This document shows positions 12,975-26,297 of a stretch of DNA of 64,000 nucleotides, one piece after another; positions within the stretch are counted from its first letter, which is position 1, and the number at the start of each line of letters is the position of its first letter. Under the pieces are notes generated by a model, which had not been told where the DNA came from, searched no databases, and worked only from the letters and a program-made list of their open reading frames with translations. The stretch covers positions 166,656,001 through 166,720,000 of the forward strand of contig OX597814.1 of assembly GCA_951406725.2 (NCBI GenBank). The letters are read 5' to 3'. Source of the stretch: Octopus vulgaris. Taxonomy: Eukaryota. The position numbers and the translations under genes are program-made.

Positions 12975-13343
12975 TTTTACTCTTTTACTTGTTTCAGTCA
13001 TTTGACTGTGGCCATGCTGGAGCGCCACCTTTAGTGAAGCAAGTTGACCCCCAGGACTTATTCTTTGTAAGCCAAGTACTTATTCTATCGGTCTCTTTTG
13101 CCAAACCACTAAGTTACGGAGACGAAAACACACCAGCATCGGTTGTCAAGCGATGTTGGGAGGACAAACACACACAAACACATATATATATACACACATA
13201 TATGCAATGGGTTTATTTCAGTTTCCGTCTATCAAATCCATCCACAAGGCTTTGGTCAGCCCGAGGCTACAGTAGAAGACACTTGCCTAAGGTGCCACGT
13301 AGTGGGACTGAACTCGGAACTTACACACAGCTACTCCTATGCC
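12975..13343 (-). mobile_element. tRNA-derived SINE, family A (nested in the ORF1-only element)
   Basis: GGCATAGGAGT...GTTCAGTCCCACT...GGCACCTTAGGCAAGTG head, internal (TA)/(TG) tract and ...AAATGACTGAAACAAGTAAAAGA tail. Confidence 0.85.
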
Positions 13344-13477
13344 TTTTTATAAAAAGTTTTTATATCATTTTTTTTCCTCTTTTCCTTTTTAGCATCATAT
13401 ATGTAGTCTCTTCTAACAAAATTTTAAAAGTTTACTCACGCTTTACATGTTTGTGCATGGCTTCAAATCTACATAAT

Positions 13478-14697
13478 CTATAAAAGGTCATCAAACTCTA
13501 CCTCCACTCCCAATGGGTCTATGTTGGTTCCAAACCTTTCTTTTAATTTTCCATACCTCTCTATTACTATGCCTTTTGTATTTTCTGTGTAAAGCTCCGC
13601 TGGTAATTTTACTCTAATTACCGATTTGAATTTGGTTATTTTCCTTTATATCGTCGTACTTTTTGTAAATGTTACCATATTCCATTTATTTTTCCTGGGC
13701 TTTTTAACTGTTGTTTCTGTGGTGAACTTGCGTTGTCTGGGTAGGTTTCCTTTTGCTGGTGATGCTGGTGGAGATGTGAACCAAATAAGCTGTGCAATGT
13801 CCATTTCACTCTCCTTTTTTTTTTTTGGACTCTTCGGAGGTGAGTTCACTAAATCTTTTCTTTTTCTCCTGGTCACCTCTGTAAATGCTTCCTCTGTGCA
13901 TTTCTCACTTACTAGGGCCGCCACTTCAACACTCTACTCCTGCTGGCTTTCCTCGTTTTTACTGTCTCTTTGGGGGCACCTTATTCTAATGTGTCCCTTC
14001 TCTCTGCATTGATAGCAGGTTGGTAGTCTTCCTCCCATACCACCCTCAACCTTATATCCTCCAGCAGAATCACCTCTTCAGTGATTTTGTTCAAATCTTT
14101 TTGTCCAACCTGAATGACGATTTCCAGGCCATATCCCCATCAATATACCTTCTTTGTCCTTGTCACCTTTAAAATTTTGGTGTCCTCCTCAGTTTTATGC
14201 ATTATGGCTGCCACCAGCTATGCTTCTTTGATTTCTGGGGGTACCCTGCCTATTCTAACTCTGGCAGCCCTATTGCCACAGTAGGTTGGCAGGAGTACCC
14301 ATTTCTTGTGTCCTGAGCGTCACAGTGGCGTGATTTATTGCCTCCTGTTTGTTGGCAAACCTCACCTCCACTGTGCCATATTTTCTGCCTCTTGTGTAGA
14401 ATGTTGTCAGGTTCTTTATCTCCTAAAGACATTCTTCTGTTGCTTCTACTGTGACGATTTTGATTTTCTTGGTAGTTGTAGATAGTGTTCTGTAAAAGAC
14501 TGTTCGCTTCATTGTATTGGTTGTCACTTCTTCTGGTAGGGTCAACTTGATCTCTCCTTCTGAATCAGCCTGTTATACTCTTTCAGATTCTTCTGCTCAA
14601 TTTTGATTTCTTGTACTTCTAGTGTATCTGTAGTTGTACATTTTCCAGCCGCTGAAGCATAACTCCTGACATGTGCTGGAACTGGTTCACAATCCAT
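13478..14697 (-). pseudogene. Decayed gag-like ORF1 with CCHC zinc knuckle
   Basis: About 400 codons with stops and frameshifts: MDCEPVPAHVRSYASAA...RGRKYGTVEVRF...GRLPTCYQCREKGHIRIRCP...FTEVTRRKRK... The CX2CX4HX4C motif is at ~13976-14017; SYA and F-x-x-V-x-RRK motifs are typical of LINE ORF1p. Confidence 0.8.
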
Positions 14698-16467
14698 TTT
14701 CTCTTTTTTTTTTTCCCTTCGCCCCAAATAGGGAAGAAGGTAAACATAAAAATCACAAATCTGCAGGCAAAAACAGTAACGGTATTTTACAAATTCAACA
14801 ATTTAAATCATAGGTTCACGCTCGCAGGAGACCCTTCAACAAGTATATAACAAAGCACAACACGACTTACATCAACTGGAATCAAAAATGATTTAACACT
14901 AACAAAAATACCTCGCAGACTGACACCACTTGTTGTGTCTGTCCACTATTTATTTATAGTGGAACAGCCCACTTCTCTCACTCGGGGATATCCTCCACAA
15001 CATCTCCCCTTTTGAGATTATTTTCTTTACACAGCATTATATTCCCCCATTTTTTTTCTTCTTCACACAGCATTATTATATATATATATTTTTTTTTTAT
15101 ATTCCATTTCTTTTTCTTCCACGCACAATTTTTTTTTCCCAGAATGCCCCAGGTAGTACTGGCTCTACATTCTTACCAGTAGCACTACGAACACATGGCA
15201 ACCTGACTGAAATCCTTCAACGGACATGCATTATTATTATTATTTTTATTTTATTCTTCTTCACACAGCATTATTATATATATATATTTTTTTTTCCACA
15301 TTCCATTTCTTTTTCTTCCATACACAGAATTTTGTTCTCCAAAATGCCCCAGGTAGTACTGGCTCTACATTCTTACCAGTAGTGCTATGAACATATGAGC
15401 GACCTGACTGAAATTCTTCAAATGGAATTTTTTTTTTTTTTTGGTGTCCCACTGTTGTGGAGTGCGTGAAAATTAGAATCCTCGTCAACACTTTTACAAG
15501 GTGAGAGGATTTTTAATATTTTCCACTGTGTGTAGTTCAAATCCTTCAACAGGATTTTTAATATTTTCCACTGAATGTAGTTAAAATTCTTCTTCAATAG
15601 GATTTTAAATATTTTCCCGTGTGTAGTTCGAACCCTTGTCACCACTGTTGTGTTTTGCTTGACACTGATATGTCCCACATTATAACAGCATACTTCGTCA
15701 TCTGAGTGACTGGCCTGAATGGTGTACCTCACCGACTGACACCACTTGTTGTGTCTGTCCACTATTTATTTGTAGTGGAAGAGCCCATTCCTCTCACTCA
15801 GGGGTGTCCTCCACAATACACATATATATATATAAAACAGGCTTCCATACAGTTTCCATCAACTAATTTCTTCACAAAGCATAGCTCATCTCACAGCTAT
15901 AATACTAGAAGACATTTAATCCTTTAATGTTCAGATTACTTTGTCAAATATAATGCTTTTTATTCAAATTATTTTTAATTAATCATCATGCATTATTTTA
16001 TAGCTTTGAGGTATTAATGATATGATTGCTTATATTTAGAATGTTAGTGTAGGTTAAGTGTGAGAGGTTAGATATGGCCAGTTTGAATGTAAAACAGAAT
16101 ATTTGAGCTGGATTTGGCTGGTTTAAATGCTGAAAAGGTTTAGGTGCTGTGCAGCGGGACTGAACCTAAAATCACATGGCTGCAAAGTAAGCTTCTTAAC
16201 CACACAGCTTAACCATGCTTATTTCATTATAAATATTCTTTCATTCTTTTACTTGTTTCAGTCATTTGACTGTGGCTATACTGGAGCACCACCTTAAAGG
16301 ACCTTTTAGTTGAAGAAATCGACCCTAGGGCTTATTCTTTGTTAGCCTAGTACTTATTCTATTGGTCACTTTTGCCGAACTGCTAAGTTACAGCAACATA
16401 AACACATCAATATCAGTTGTAAAGTGATGGGGGGGGGGGACAAACACAAAGACACACACACACATGA

Positions 16468-16498
<31 letters not shown>

Positions 16499-17938
16499 GC
16501 AGGCTTCTTTCAGTTTTCACTCACAAGGCTTTATGTTCAGGAAAGGAATAAATCAATTTGGCACACTTTTCCAGTGGCCATTGTTGTTTATAGCAGTACA
16601 ATACAATAGGGAGATTTTTGCAATGGTTGTTCAACCTGCTGAAAATAGCAGCTAAATCTCCCTTAATTCACACTTTGCCTTTTTAAACTATGAAAAGACA
16701 CATTAAATACTCTTGTCTTCCATACACCTAAAATGGCAGAGTTGGCTGGCCACAACTGAAACACCTTACATCACAGAGCTTGATCAGGATTGACCTGTGG
16801 TTAAACACCACCATCACCACCAAAAATCATTTACATTTCAAACTATTGAGTGGGTATGAGACATTTTGGAACAGCCATTTTGGCACCACCTATTTGGTGT
16901 CACTGATTCTATGCCAACTTATATGACATCAGACATTAATCTTAATGTTTCATTTTAATGACTCCCTTGTTGGCTTCTCTCTCTCACACACACTCTCTCT
17001 CTCTCTCTCTTTCACTCTCTTTCTCTCTCTTTGTCTATGTGGGTGAGCATCTAGTTATGTTTGTATGTATGTCTAATGTCTCTCCCTCTCTCTGTCTCTC
17101 TCTTACTCTCTCTATTGTCTTAAGATTAGGATACATTTAGTGACATCATTATTGAGCAGATTTAGATTACAACAAAAGAAATAATTAGCTCTTATTTGGA
17201 ACAATTAATTTACATGTTGTTAACATGTCAGAGGACCAAGATATGTGATGCACTGCTGTACTCAAGAAGACCTACTCACCACAACAGAATTGAGATCCTT
17301 AAGGCACCGAGCTGACAGAAACATTAGCACACCAGGTGAAATGCTTAACAGTATTTCGTCTGTATATAATTCTAAGTTCAAATTCCGCCGAGGTCCACTT
17401 TGCCTTTCATCCTTTCGGGGTCGATGAATTAAGTACCAGTTGCATACTGGGGTCGATCTAATCGACTTAATCCATTTGTCTGTCCTTGTTTATCCCCTCT
17501 GTGTGTAACCCCTTGTGGAAAGTTAAGAATTGAGATCCTAAAACCATGGTGCCATGTAAAAAGTACCGGTGCTGATGCCACATGAAAAGCAACCAGTACA
17601 TTCTGTAAAGTGGCTGGACTTACGAAGGGCATCCAGCAGTAGGGACCAAACCAAAACAGACAACAGAACCTGGTGTAGTCCTTGGCCTTGCCAGTACCTT
17701 TTTATGTGGCACCATCACCAGTGCGTTTTACTTTGTACCTTGGTTTTAGGATAACAATTCTGTTGTGGTAGGCAACTCTTCTTGAGTACAGCAATACACC
17801 AGTAGCTTAAGTTTCAACAGGAGCAAAGGGTGCAAACATTTTAAAAAATATGATAAATTTCTTTTTAAATGTGTCATGTTAATTTGAAACAGTTAAAACA
17901 TCTGGGGTACTTTTAACTCTTTAGCATTCATATTACAT

Positions 17939-18072
17939 AGGCATAGGAGTGGTTGTGTAGTAAGTAACTTGCGTGGCACCTTGGGCAAGTATCTTCTACT
18001 ATAGCCTCGGGCCGACCAAAGCCTTGTGAGTGGATTTGGTAGACGGAAACTGAAAGAAGCCTGTCGCATATA

Positions 18073-18121
<49 letters not shown>

Positions 18122-18325
18122 ATGTGTTTCTCCTCCTTCCCCCCAACATCACTTGACAACCGATGCTGGTGTGTTTACGTCCCCGTAACTTAGCAGTTTG
18201 GCAAAAAAGTCCAATAGAATAAGTACTAGGCTCACAAAGAATAAGTCCTGGGGTCGATTTGCTTTTACTAAAAGGCGGTGCTCCAGCATGGCCACAGTCA
18301 AATGACTGAAACAAGTAAAAAAGTA
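17939..18325 (+). mobile_element. SINE family A, inserted in a piggyBac-type MITE
   Basis: Matches the family A consensus; the MITE halves flank it. Confidence 0.85.
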
Positions 18326-20454
18326 AAATGTAAAGCTTATTCATTCACATCATTTTGAATTAATAATGCATTATCTCATAACTCTTGAGATTTTGATGAT
18401 GTGATTGTTTTTTCTTAGAAAGACATTGTAGGGTAGGTGTGACTGGCCAGATCTGGCCAGTTTGAACTTAAAACAGGTGAAATATTTAGGCCGAATATTG
18501 CTGGTTTAAATGCTAAAGGGTTAAATGAACACCTTAGGGTTTCACAAAGATACTCTTTTTGTTAAATTTTATGTTAAAAAAACCTAGTCAGTAGGTGAAC
18601 TGGCAGAAACGTTAGCACGCCAGGCGAAATGCTTAGTGGTATTTCGTCTGCCGCTGTTCTGAGTTCAAATTCTGCCAAGGTCAACTTTGCCTTTCATCCT
18701 TTCGGGGTCGATTAAATAAGTACCAGTTACGCACTGGGGTCGATATAATCGACTTAATCCGTTTGTCTGTCCTTGTTTGTCCTCTGTGCGTTTAGCCCCT
18801 TGTGGGTAGTAAAGAAATAGGTAGGCAGGATAAGCAAGATTGGTAAAATGACCAGCAAAACACCTTGCAGTGTTAAGTTTCATTTCTTTATGTTCTAAGT
18901 TCAAATACCAATAAGGCTGACTTTACCTTCCACATGATGGGTGGATGGAAGACAAAAGTTAATACAAGCATTTGTCAATCAAATACTGGAATCGATCATA
19001 AAAATACTCTCCCAGAAAACGAATGTCCTTGTCCCTAAAAATCAATATCATAACCCAGTTTCTCTGTGTTGTTGTTTTTTTTTAAATTCTATTCCATTCT
19101 ATATCTTTTGAACAAAAGACTTCTTTAAATATCTAACCAAACATGAGACATGGCAATTAAAAGAATAATTTTACAATTAAATTTTCAAGATTCATGACCC
19201 AAATTTTTGACAATATTATTTTTTTTACAGTAACATTTATGACTATTCATTAAATGTACAATAACATATTGAGCTTAATAAATAATTTAAAGAAAATGAA
19301 AATGAAAATTAGCCAAAACCTGACTCGCCTTTAGTTCAGAGAAATAGATAACAGCCAAAATATTTCATTTAGAATAACAGAATAGCACAATAAATGTTTA
19401 TTAGAATGGGGAAGAATATTTTTAAAAATGTTAGTAAAATAAAACTGTATAATAATGAGGAGGGGAGAAGTAAATGGGGTTAGAGTGTGAGGCTAGGGTC
19501 ATGTTCAGTATTAGGATAAGATTCAGTCAAATCCAGGAAGAGAAATTCTCTAATGTCTCTGGCACCATGCTGTCTACTGCTAGAGTTAACATGGCTTCTC
19601 TATAGTCTTTGTAGTCATACAAACACACTTACACATACACACACATATATACGTGTACACATTCATGTGCATACTGATGCACAACCTAACAGATACAGAT
19701 AGCACACACACACAAACACGCATATACATGCACATACATCAGATACATGCGCATGCAAACATACTTCAATACTCTCACAGGCAGAAGAGAAAAAAAATAC
19801 AACATCTCTGCCAACAATATTATCAGTTCTTACAGCAGTAATGATACAGACTGTCTCATGCTAGACTTGATGTCTACAGAAATATCCAGTGTGGTGGACT
19901 ACAATACTAGTTTTCAAAAGAACACTCTGCAATACTTGTAGACATAAGTATATATGAAGCAACAGATATATACATGTGTGTATGTATGTATGAATGAATA
20001 TATGAATGTATGTGAATGTGTGTGTATGTGTGTATGTGTTTATGTGTGTGTGTGTGTATGTGTGTGTTAGTGTGTGTGTTCCTTAGAATAAATAGCCATA
20101 GTTAGGTAATTCTTTGTGCCTTGGGAGAAAGAAGAACAAATAATGAATTAAATTATCAAGGAGTTCAAGTGCGATAGAGAAAAACTTATAAATGACGGCA
20201 AACAGAGAATGAAAAAACAGCAAGATGGGTTGACATAGTTGAAATATTGAGCTTTAGAGGAAAAGAAAACATAAAACAAGCAAACAAAAGAAAAAAAATC
20301 ATGAGTAACTCGAAGATAAGAAAACTTGACTCAAAATTCAAAAGGAAATTAAATTGCTAAAATATATAAAAATATGACTAACTTCGTTAGAGCAATCAGG
20401 TTGTTGAGACAGATGAAATTGATGGTCTTAGACTGAACAGTGGTAAATTTGCAT

Positions 20455-20948
20455 GCGAAGACCTGTTGAAGCAAGTGAAATCGAAATCGAAATCAAATTT
20501 GATGACTGACATCTGTGCTAGTGGAGCGCTAAGAGTACCATACGAGTGAGATCGTTGCCAGAGCAACAAGCTGGCCTCTGTGCGAATGGCACGTTAAAAA
20601 CACCATTCAAGTGTGATTGTTACCTGCGTCGCCTTACTAGCACTTGTGCTGGTGGCACGTGAAGAAAACATACGAGTGAGGTCATTGCCAGTGCCGCTGG
20701 ACTGGCTCCTGTGCAGGTGGCACATAAAAAGCACCATTTGAGCGTGGCCGTTGCCAGTACCGCCTGAATGGCCCTCGTGCCGGTGGCACTTTAGAAGCAC
20801 CCACTACACTCTCGGAATGGTTGGTGTTAGGAAGGGCATCCAGCTGTAGAAACTCTGCCAGATCAGATTGGAGTCTGGTGCAGCCATCTGGTTCGCCAGC
20901 CCTCAGTCAAATCGTCCAACTCATGCTAGCATGGAAAGCGGATGTTAA

Positions 20949-20983
<35 letters not shown>
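20455..20983 (+). mobile_element. SINE-like family D copy
   Basis: Reverse-complement counterpart of 5706-6277 with a (GAT)n tail. Confidence 0.8.
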
Positions 20984-20984
<1 letters not shown>

Positions 20985-21439
20985 TGATATGTTAACAGGA
21001 CACTGAACAACAGCTTCCTTCTACAGATATACCTATCAGTGGTGTAAGTAAAACCTGAATGAAAAATATTCAGTGGTAGTGCTGCACCAATCTAATTAGA
21101 AATAGATGTGTAGTGTGGTTCATTCGTTCCTTTAGGTGTTCCAACTCGAAAGTTGTAGCCATACTGGGGCATGGCCATTCATGTTGTTGTGGAGATCCTG
21201 GGGAAGGAACCCAGTGTTTTTCGCATGCTCTATACTACTGAAAGACAGTATTGAAATTGAACCTTCTTCAATAAAATCAACAGATCTCAAATTTTAAACA
21301 GGGCAGTTGAATAAGACTGATCCAGTTTGTAACTGGTACTATATTCTATCGACCGCCCCCCCCCCCCACACACACACACAGATGAAAGCAAAGTTGACTG
21401 AGACAAGATATGAAATCAGAAAGTAAAGAAGTGTAACTA

Positions 21440-22718
21440 TTGGGTTGGCAACTAAGTTCCCGCCGTTTTTTTAAATTTTGGAATTTATTGCATTTTTAAA
21501 TTTTGGAATCTATTTTTTTCGAAAATTCTATTTTTGAATCATTTTGGAATCTATTGTTTTGTTTTGTTTTCTAGTTAATTTTTGTTTATTTTCAGATCAT
21601 TTAAATGGAATGTCAAGTTAAGAAAAACAAGCATTTTCGACACCACCTTCTTTTTGCTTTTAATCAAGGTTCTAAGGCCACTAAAGTTGCTCGTGACATT
21701 TGTGCTGTGTATAGAGAGGGTGCCATAGCTGAAAAAAACCACTTATGATTGGTATGCCAAGTTCAAAAATGGAAATTTTGACCTCAAAGACACACCTCAT
21801 TTTGGCCGTCCAATTGAGTTCGATGATGAGTGATTAAACCAACTTTTGCACAAAAATTCTTGTCAAACAACAAGGGAACTGGTAGAGGAAATGGAATGCT
21901 CCCACAGTGCTGTAGAGAAGCATCTTCACTTGATGGGAAAGGTTCAGAAGTATGGAGCATAGGTTCCACATGCTTTAAGCGATAACAACAAAAATCAACG
22001 GGCCACAATCTCCGCTGGTTTGCTTGCTTGTCACCGCTCAACTCATGGACACAAGCAATGATTTCTTTACCAAATTGTTACTGGTGATGAAAAATGGTAC
22101 CTGTACAACAATATGAAGCAGCGTAAGAAATGGCTTAGCCCTGGTAAACAAGCGACACCACGCATGAAACAAGATATTCATCCGCGTAAAACGATGTTGT
22201 GCGTATGATGGGACGAGGAAGGGATTATCCATTACGAATTGCTTGAACGGAACCAAACGGTCAATGTGGAACTCTATGTTCAACAGATGGAATGACTCAA
22301 CATGGCTATTCAAGAGAAAAGACCTAATCGGCAGCATGGAGTTCTTCTGTTGTATGACAACGCCTGCCCTCATATCGCCAATATGACCAAGGAAGCCATT
22401 CAAATGCCTGGCTGGGAAATGCTGCCACACCTGCCATACTCTCCTGATTTGGCACCAACGGATTTCCATCTCTTTCAAATGCTATGCGCAGAGTGTCATT
22501 CAATACTGACGCAGAATTGAGAGCTTAGTTGGATCAATTTTTCGAGTCAAAATCGGGTGATTTCTACCAATGAGGTATTGAAAATCTTGTTGAACGTTGG
22601 AAAGAGGTTGTAAACAACAAGGGTGAATACATTATTAATTAATTTGTTGTTATTTTTTATTAAACTTTTAAAAAATTTAAATTTTAAAAAAATGGTGGAA
22701 ACTTAGTAGCCAACCCAA
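21440..22718 (+). mobile_element. Full-length decayed mariner transposon
   Basis: TA TSDs; TIRs TTGGGTTGGCAACTAAGTT / AACTTAGTAGCCAACCCAA; ~1.28 kb. Confidence 0.95.
21605..22643 (+). pseudogene. Mariner DD34D transposase pseudogene
   Basis: Motifs (W)VPHAL, IVTGDEKW, HPRKTMLCV, LLYDNACPH and LPYSPDLAPTDFHLF; several in-frame stops and frameshifts. Confidence 0.93.
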
Positions 22719-23289
22719 TAGTGTAATCCATGCTGTCAAATGCTCCACTGATTTTTCCCACCCAGCACCCAAGCAAAAGCAATAATGTTTTCAAATCTTG
22801 GGACAAGGTTAGCAAATTTAGGGGAGGGGTAAGCTGATTACATCAACCCCAGTACTTGATTGGTACATTATTTTATCAATCCAGAAGAGTCAAAAGGCAA
22901 AGTAGACCTTGATGAAATTTGAACTCAGAATGAAAAGTGTTGGGAAGAAATGCTGCTAAGCATTTTGTCCAGTGTACCAAAGACTCTGCTAGCTCATTAC
23001 CTGAATAAGTAATAACAACAATAGTTTCAAATTTTGGCACAAGGCCAGAAATTCTGGGAGTGGGGTAAGTTGACTACATCAACCCCAGTGCTCAACTGGT
23101 GCTTATTTTATCAACTCCAAAAGAATGAAAGGCAGATGTAAACACATACGAAATGCCACTAAGCATTTTGCTTAGCATGATAACGTTTCAGCCTTAACAG
23201 TAATAATAATAATGGTTTCAAATTTAGGCACAAGTTCAGCAATTTTTTAGAAAGAAGGAGATTAGTTGATTATAGTGGCTCCAATATTT

Positions 23290-23479
23290 AACCCTTTCTG
23301 GCTCTGTAGTACAAATGTCTTGTTTTCATAAGTTTTGAATTAAAATCTGTCACCAAACCTTTGTCACAATTTATGTTCCTAACACTAGCTAAATGATTAC
23401 TTAAGTTATTTTACTAAATTATTTGTTATATTTAAAGTAATTGAGCATCTCAAAATAAATACAGTAACGAAAGGGTTAA
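23290..23479. mobile_element. piggyBac-type MITE (second family)
   Basis: TTAA|CCCTTTC ... GAAAGGG|TTAA termini. Confidence 0.6.
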
Positions 23480-23639
23480 TTGGTACTTTATTTTATTGTC
23501 ACTGAAGGGATAAAAGGCAAAGTTGAAATCAGATTTGAATTTTGGATGTGAAGAGCCAGAAGACAGACCACAAGGTATTTTGTCAAACTCTACCCATCTT
23601 GCTGCTTTAATATTATTAAAGCAGCAAGATGAGTAGAGT

Positions 23640-23932
23640 TTCTATTATTTGCCACAGGGGCATCAGATGAAGGGGACATTACAAGGACAATTTACAGTTT
23701 GAGTGTGGACCTTACATAAAAAATGAAGGGAAAAAAGGGAAAGAAGAAGGAAATGTGATAAAAAGTATACATAGTATACAAAATACGAACACATGGATGA
23801 TGCAGTCATTCTAATACAACAGAGCCTGAAACTAGGGCCAATAAAGGAACCCCACAGGCCCAGTATCACTTTGACAACCAAGGACACCAGCCCTGACGAT
23901 CTACAGGTGCATACTTAGAGTAGTTCCATTAA
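23640..23932 (-). mobile_element. 3' end of a Tx1/L1-type LINE
   Basis: Last ORF2 codons NGTTLSMHL* (compare [10 protein letters not shown] at 55324). The 3' UTR ends GTCCTTGTAATGTCCCCTTCATCTGATGCCCCTGTGGCAAATAATAGAAA. Confidence 0.65.
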
Positions 23933-24646
23933 TAATAATTCTTTTTATTGTAAGCACAAGACATGTAATTTTGGGGGAAGGGGCTAATAGATTATATTGA
24001 ACCCAGTGTTCAACCGGTGCTTATTTTATTAACCCCCGAAAGTATGAAAGGCAAAGTCAACCTTGGAAGCATTTGGACTCAGATTGTACAGATGGATGAA
24101 ATACCACAAGGTATTTCATCTGGCATGCTAACTATTCTGCCAGCTCACCTTATTATTATTACTACTACTACTACTACTACTACTACTATAATCAAGGCAG
24201 TGAACTGGTGGTCGTTAGCATGCCAGGCAAAATACTTAGTGGTGTTTTGTCTGCCACTACATTCTGAGTTCAAATTCTCGCCGAGGTCAACTTCGCCTTT
24301 CAGGGTCAATAAATTAAGTACAGTGAAACACTGCGGTCAATGTAATTGACTTAACCCCGTCCCCCAAAACTTCAGGCCTTGTGTCTATAGTAGAAAGGAT
24401 TATTATTATTATTATTACTATTAAGGCGGTGAGCTGGCAGAATCGTTAGCATACCAGGCGAAATGCTTAGTGGTATTTTTGTCTGCCACTACTACGTTCT
24501 GAGTTAAAATTCCGCTAAGGTCGACTTTGCTCTTCATCCTTTCAGGGTTGATAAATTAAGTACCAGTGAAACACTGAGGTCAATGTAATCGACTTAGCCC
24601 TTCCCCAAAAATTTCAGGCCTTGTGCCTATAGTAGAAAGGATTATT

Positions 24647-24677
<31 letters not shown>

Positions 24678-25199
24678 AACAAAAGATTGTTGTAACTGTT
24701 ATGTCACACGTATTGAGAAAAGAACATTGTTGCTGTGAAATTTCTTTCTTTTTCCCCTTTATTTTCTTCTTCTTTTTTCATGTTTCTTTTCTTTCCTTTT
24801 TCTCTCTGTCATCCATCCCCCTTTTTTCTGTCACATGACTTCATAAATGAACAATCCGGTGTCTTTATTCTAATGGCCTACCAATGTATACAGTGAGTTT
24901 CTTTGCCCTAGGTGTTGGGAAGACACTTGGCAAGAAATGGAAACAAAATTGAAAGAAGAGGATAATGATAATAATAACAATCCTTTCTACTATAGGCACA
25001 AGGCCTGAAATTTGGGGGGGGGTTAGTCAATTATATCGACCCAAGTGTTTCACTGGTATTTAACTTATCAACCCCTAAAGTCAACCTCATGAGAATCTGA
25101 ACTCAGACTGTAATGACGGCTAGAATGCCACTAAGCATTTTGCCTGGAATGCTAACAATTCTGCCAGCTCGCCACCTTGATGATGATGGTAATAACCAT

Positions 25200-25752
25200 A
25201 ATTATAATAATAATAATAATAATAATAAATGCTCTGATGCAGTACCAGACAGTGGCTCTCATGTCTCCTGATCTTAACTGATTGAAGTGTTATCATGTAC
25301 ATTGGTTTGTCTTGGTATAAAAGAAGGGCTACAGCAAATATTCTGCTCAATACCACAGATTTGCTTGTCAGTTGTTTGACCTTAACCAGTTGACCATGTC
25401 CCTTAGTGGTTGACGATATGTGCATCTCTGATCATGAGCAGAAGTAGTGGGGGAGCATCATAGCCATGTGTTGAGTGGGATTCCTTGTGGTTTGGATAAT
25501 TCACCTTTGGAAACACGAGTGATTCGTTCAACATCCTTAAACAATCCTTATTCAAGGACCTTTTGAGCGGGATAGGCTACTCGACCAGAAGAAAATTCTA
25601 ACTGGGCCCCAACTGCAAGGTCATGTGCTGTTTATCTTGATATGAGATCACCATGTCGCGCACATATGGTTGTGATGCATGTGCCTGGTGTACCCGTATC
25701 AGATGGGTAGTCATGATGGGTATACTGGGCTTCGTATATTTTACCCCAGTGA
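25200..25752 (-). mobile_element. Probable non-LTR retrotransposon 3' fragment with (TTA)n tail
   Basis: GC-richer block abutting a (TAA)n run. Family not identified. Confidence 0.4.
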
Positions 25753-26297
25753 AATATCTATCAGGAGGGGAAAAGTTGATTATGATTATATCATCCCCAG
25801 TTCTCAAATGATACTTGTTTCATCAACCACAAAAAGATGGAAAACAAAGTCACTCTTTAACACAAGACCTCACATTTTGTAGTAGGGAGTTTATTTAGGG
25901 TCACTTGAATCAGCTCAAGTATATTACTGGTTTTATTTTATCATGGCAGGAAGGAATAAAGGGCAAAGTCAGTCTGGCAGGATTTAACCCTTTAGCGTTT
26001 AAACCAGCCATAGCTGGCCAAAATATCTGATCTGTTATATATGTTCAAACTGGCCAGATCTTACCTACACTAAAATGTCATTTTAAGCATAAACAATCAT
26101 ATCATCAAAATCTCAAGGCTGCGAGATGATAACTCATGTTTAATTCAAAACAATGTGAATAAATAAACACCACATTCTGAATTTAACACTAAAGGATTAA
26201 ATTCAGAATACAAGGAGAGAGAGAGACAGAGAGAGACAGAAACAGAGAGAGGGAAAGAGAGAGAGAGAAAGAGCATCAATTCAGATGTGCTAACATT

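Larger units (their letters stand above)
12804..14907 (-). mobile_element. ORF1-only non-LTR retroelement (Tx1/L1-like)
   Basis: 15-bp TSD ATACCTCGC(T/A)GACTG (12789-12803/14908-14922). 5' UTR, decayed ORF1, ~300-bp 3' UTR ending ...TGTGTGCAAAATAAAGAAAAG. No ORF2 sequence. Confidence 0.8.
12720..15818 (-). mobile_element. TRIM-like non-autonomous LTR retrotransposon with an interrupted 3' LTR
   Basis: 5' LTR 15818-15646 (TATTGTGG...CACAACA). PBS-like TGGTGACAAGG at 15644-15634. ~640-bp non-coding repetitive interior. PPT AAAAGGGGAGA at 15013-15003. 3' LTR is 15002-14908 plus 12788-12720. Confidence 0.8.
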
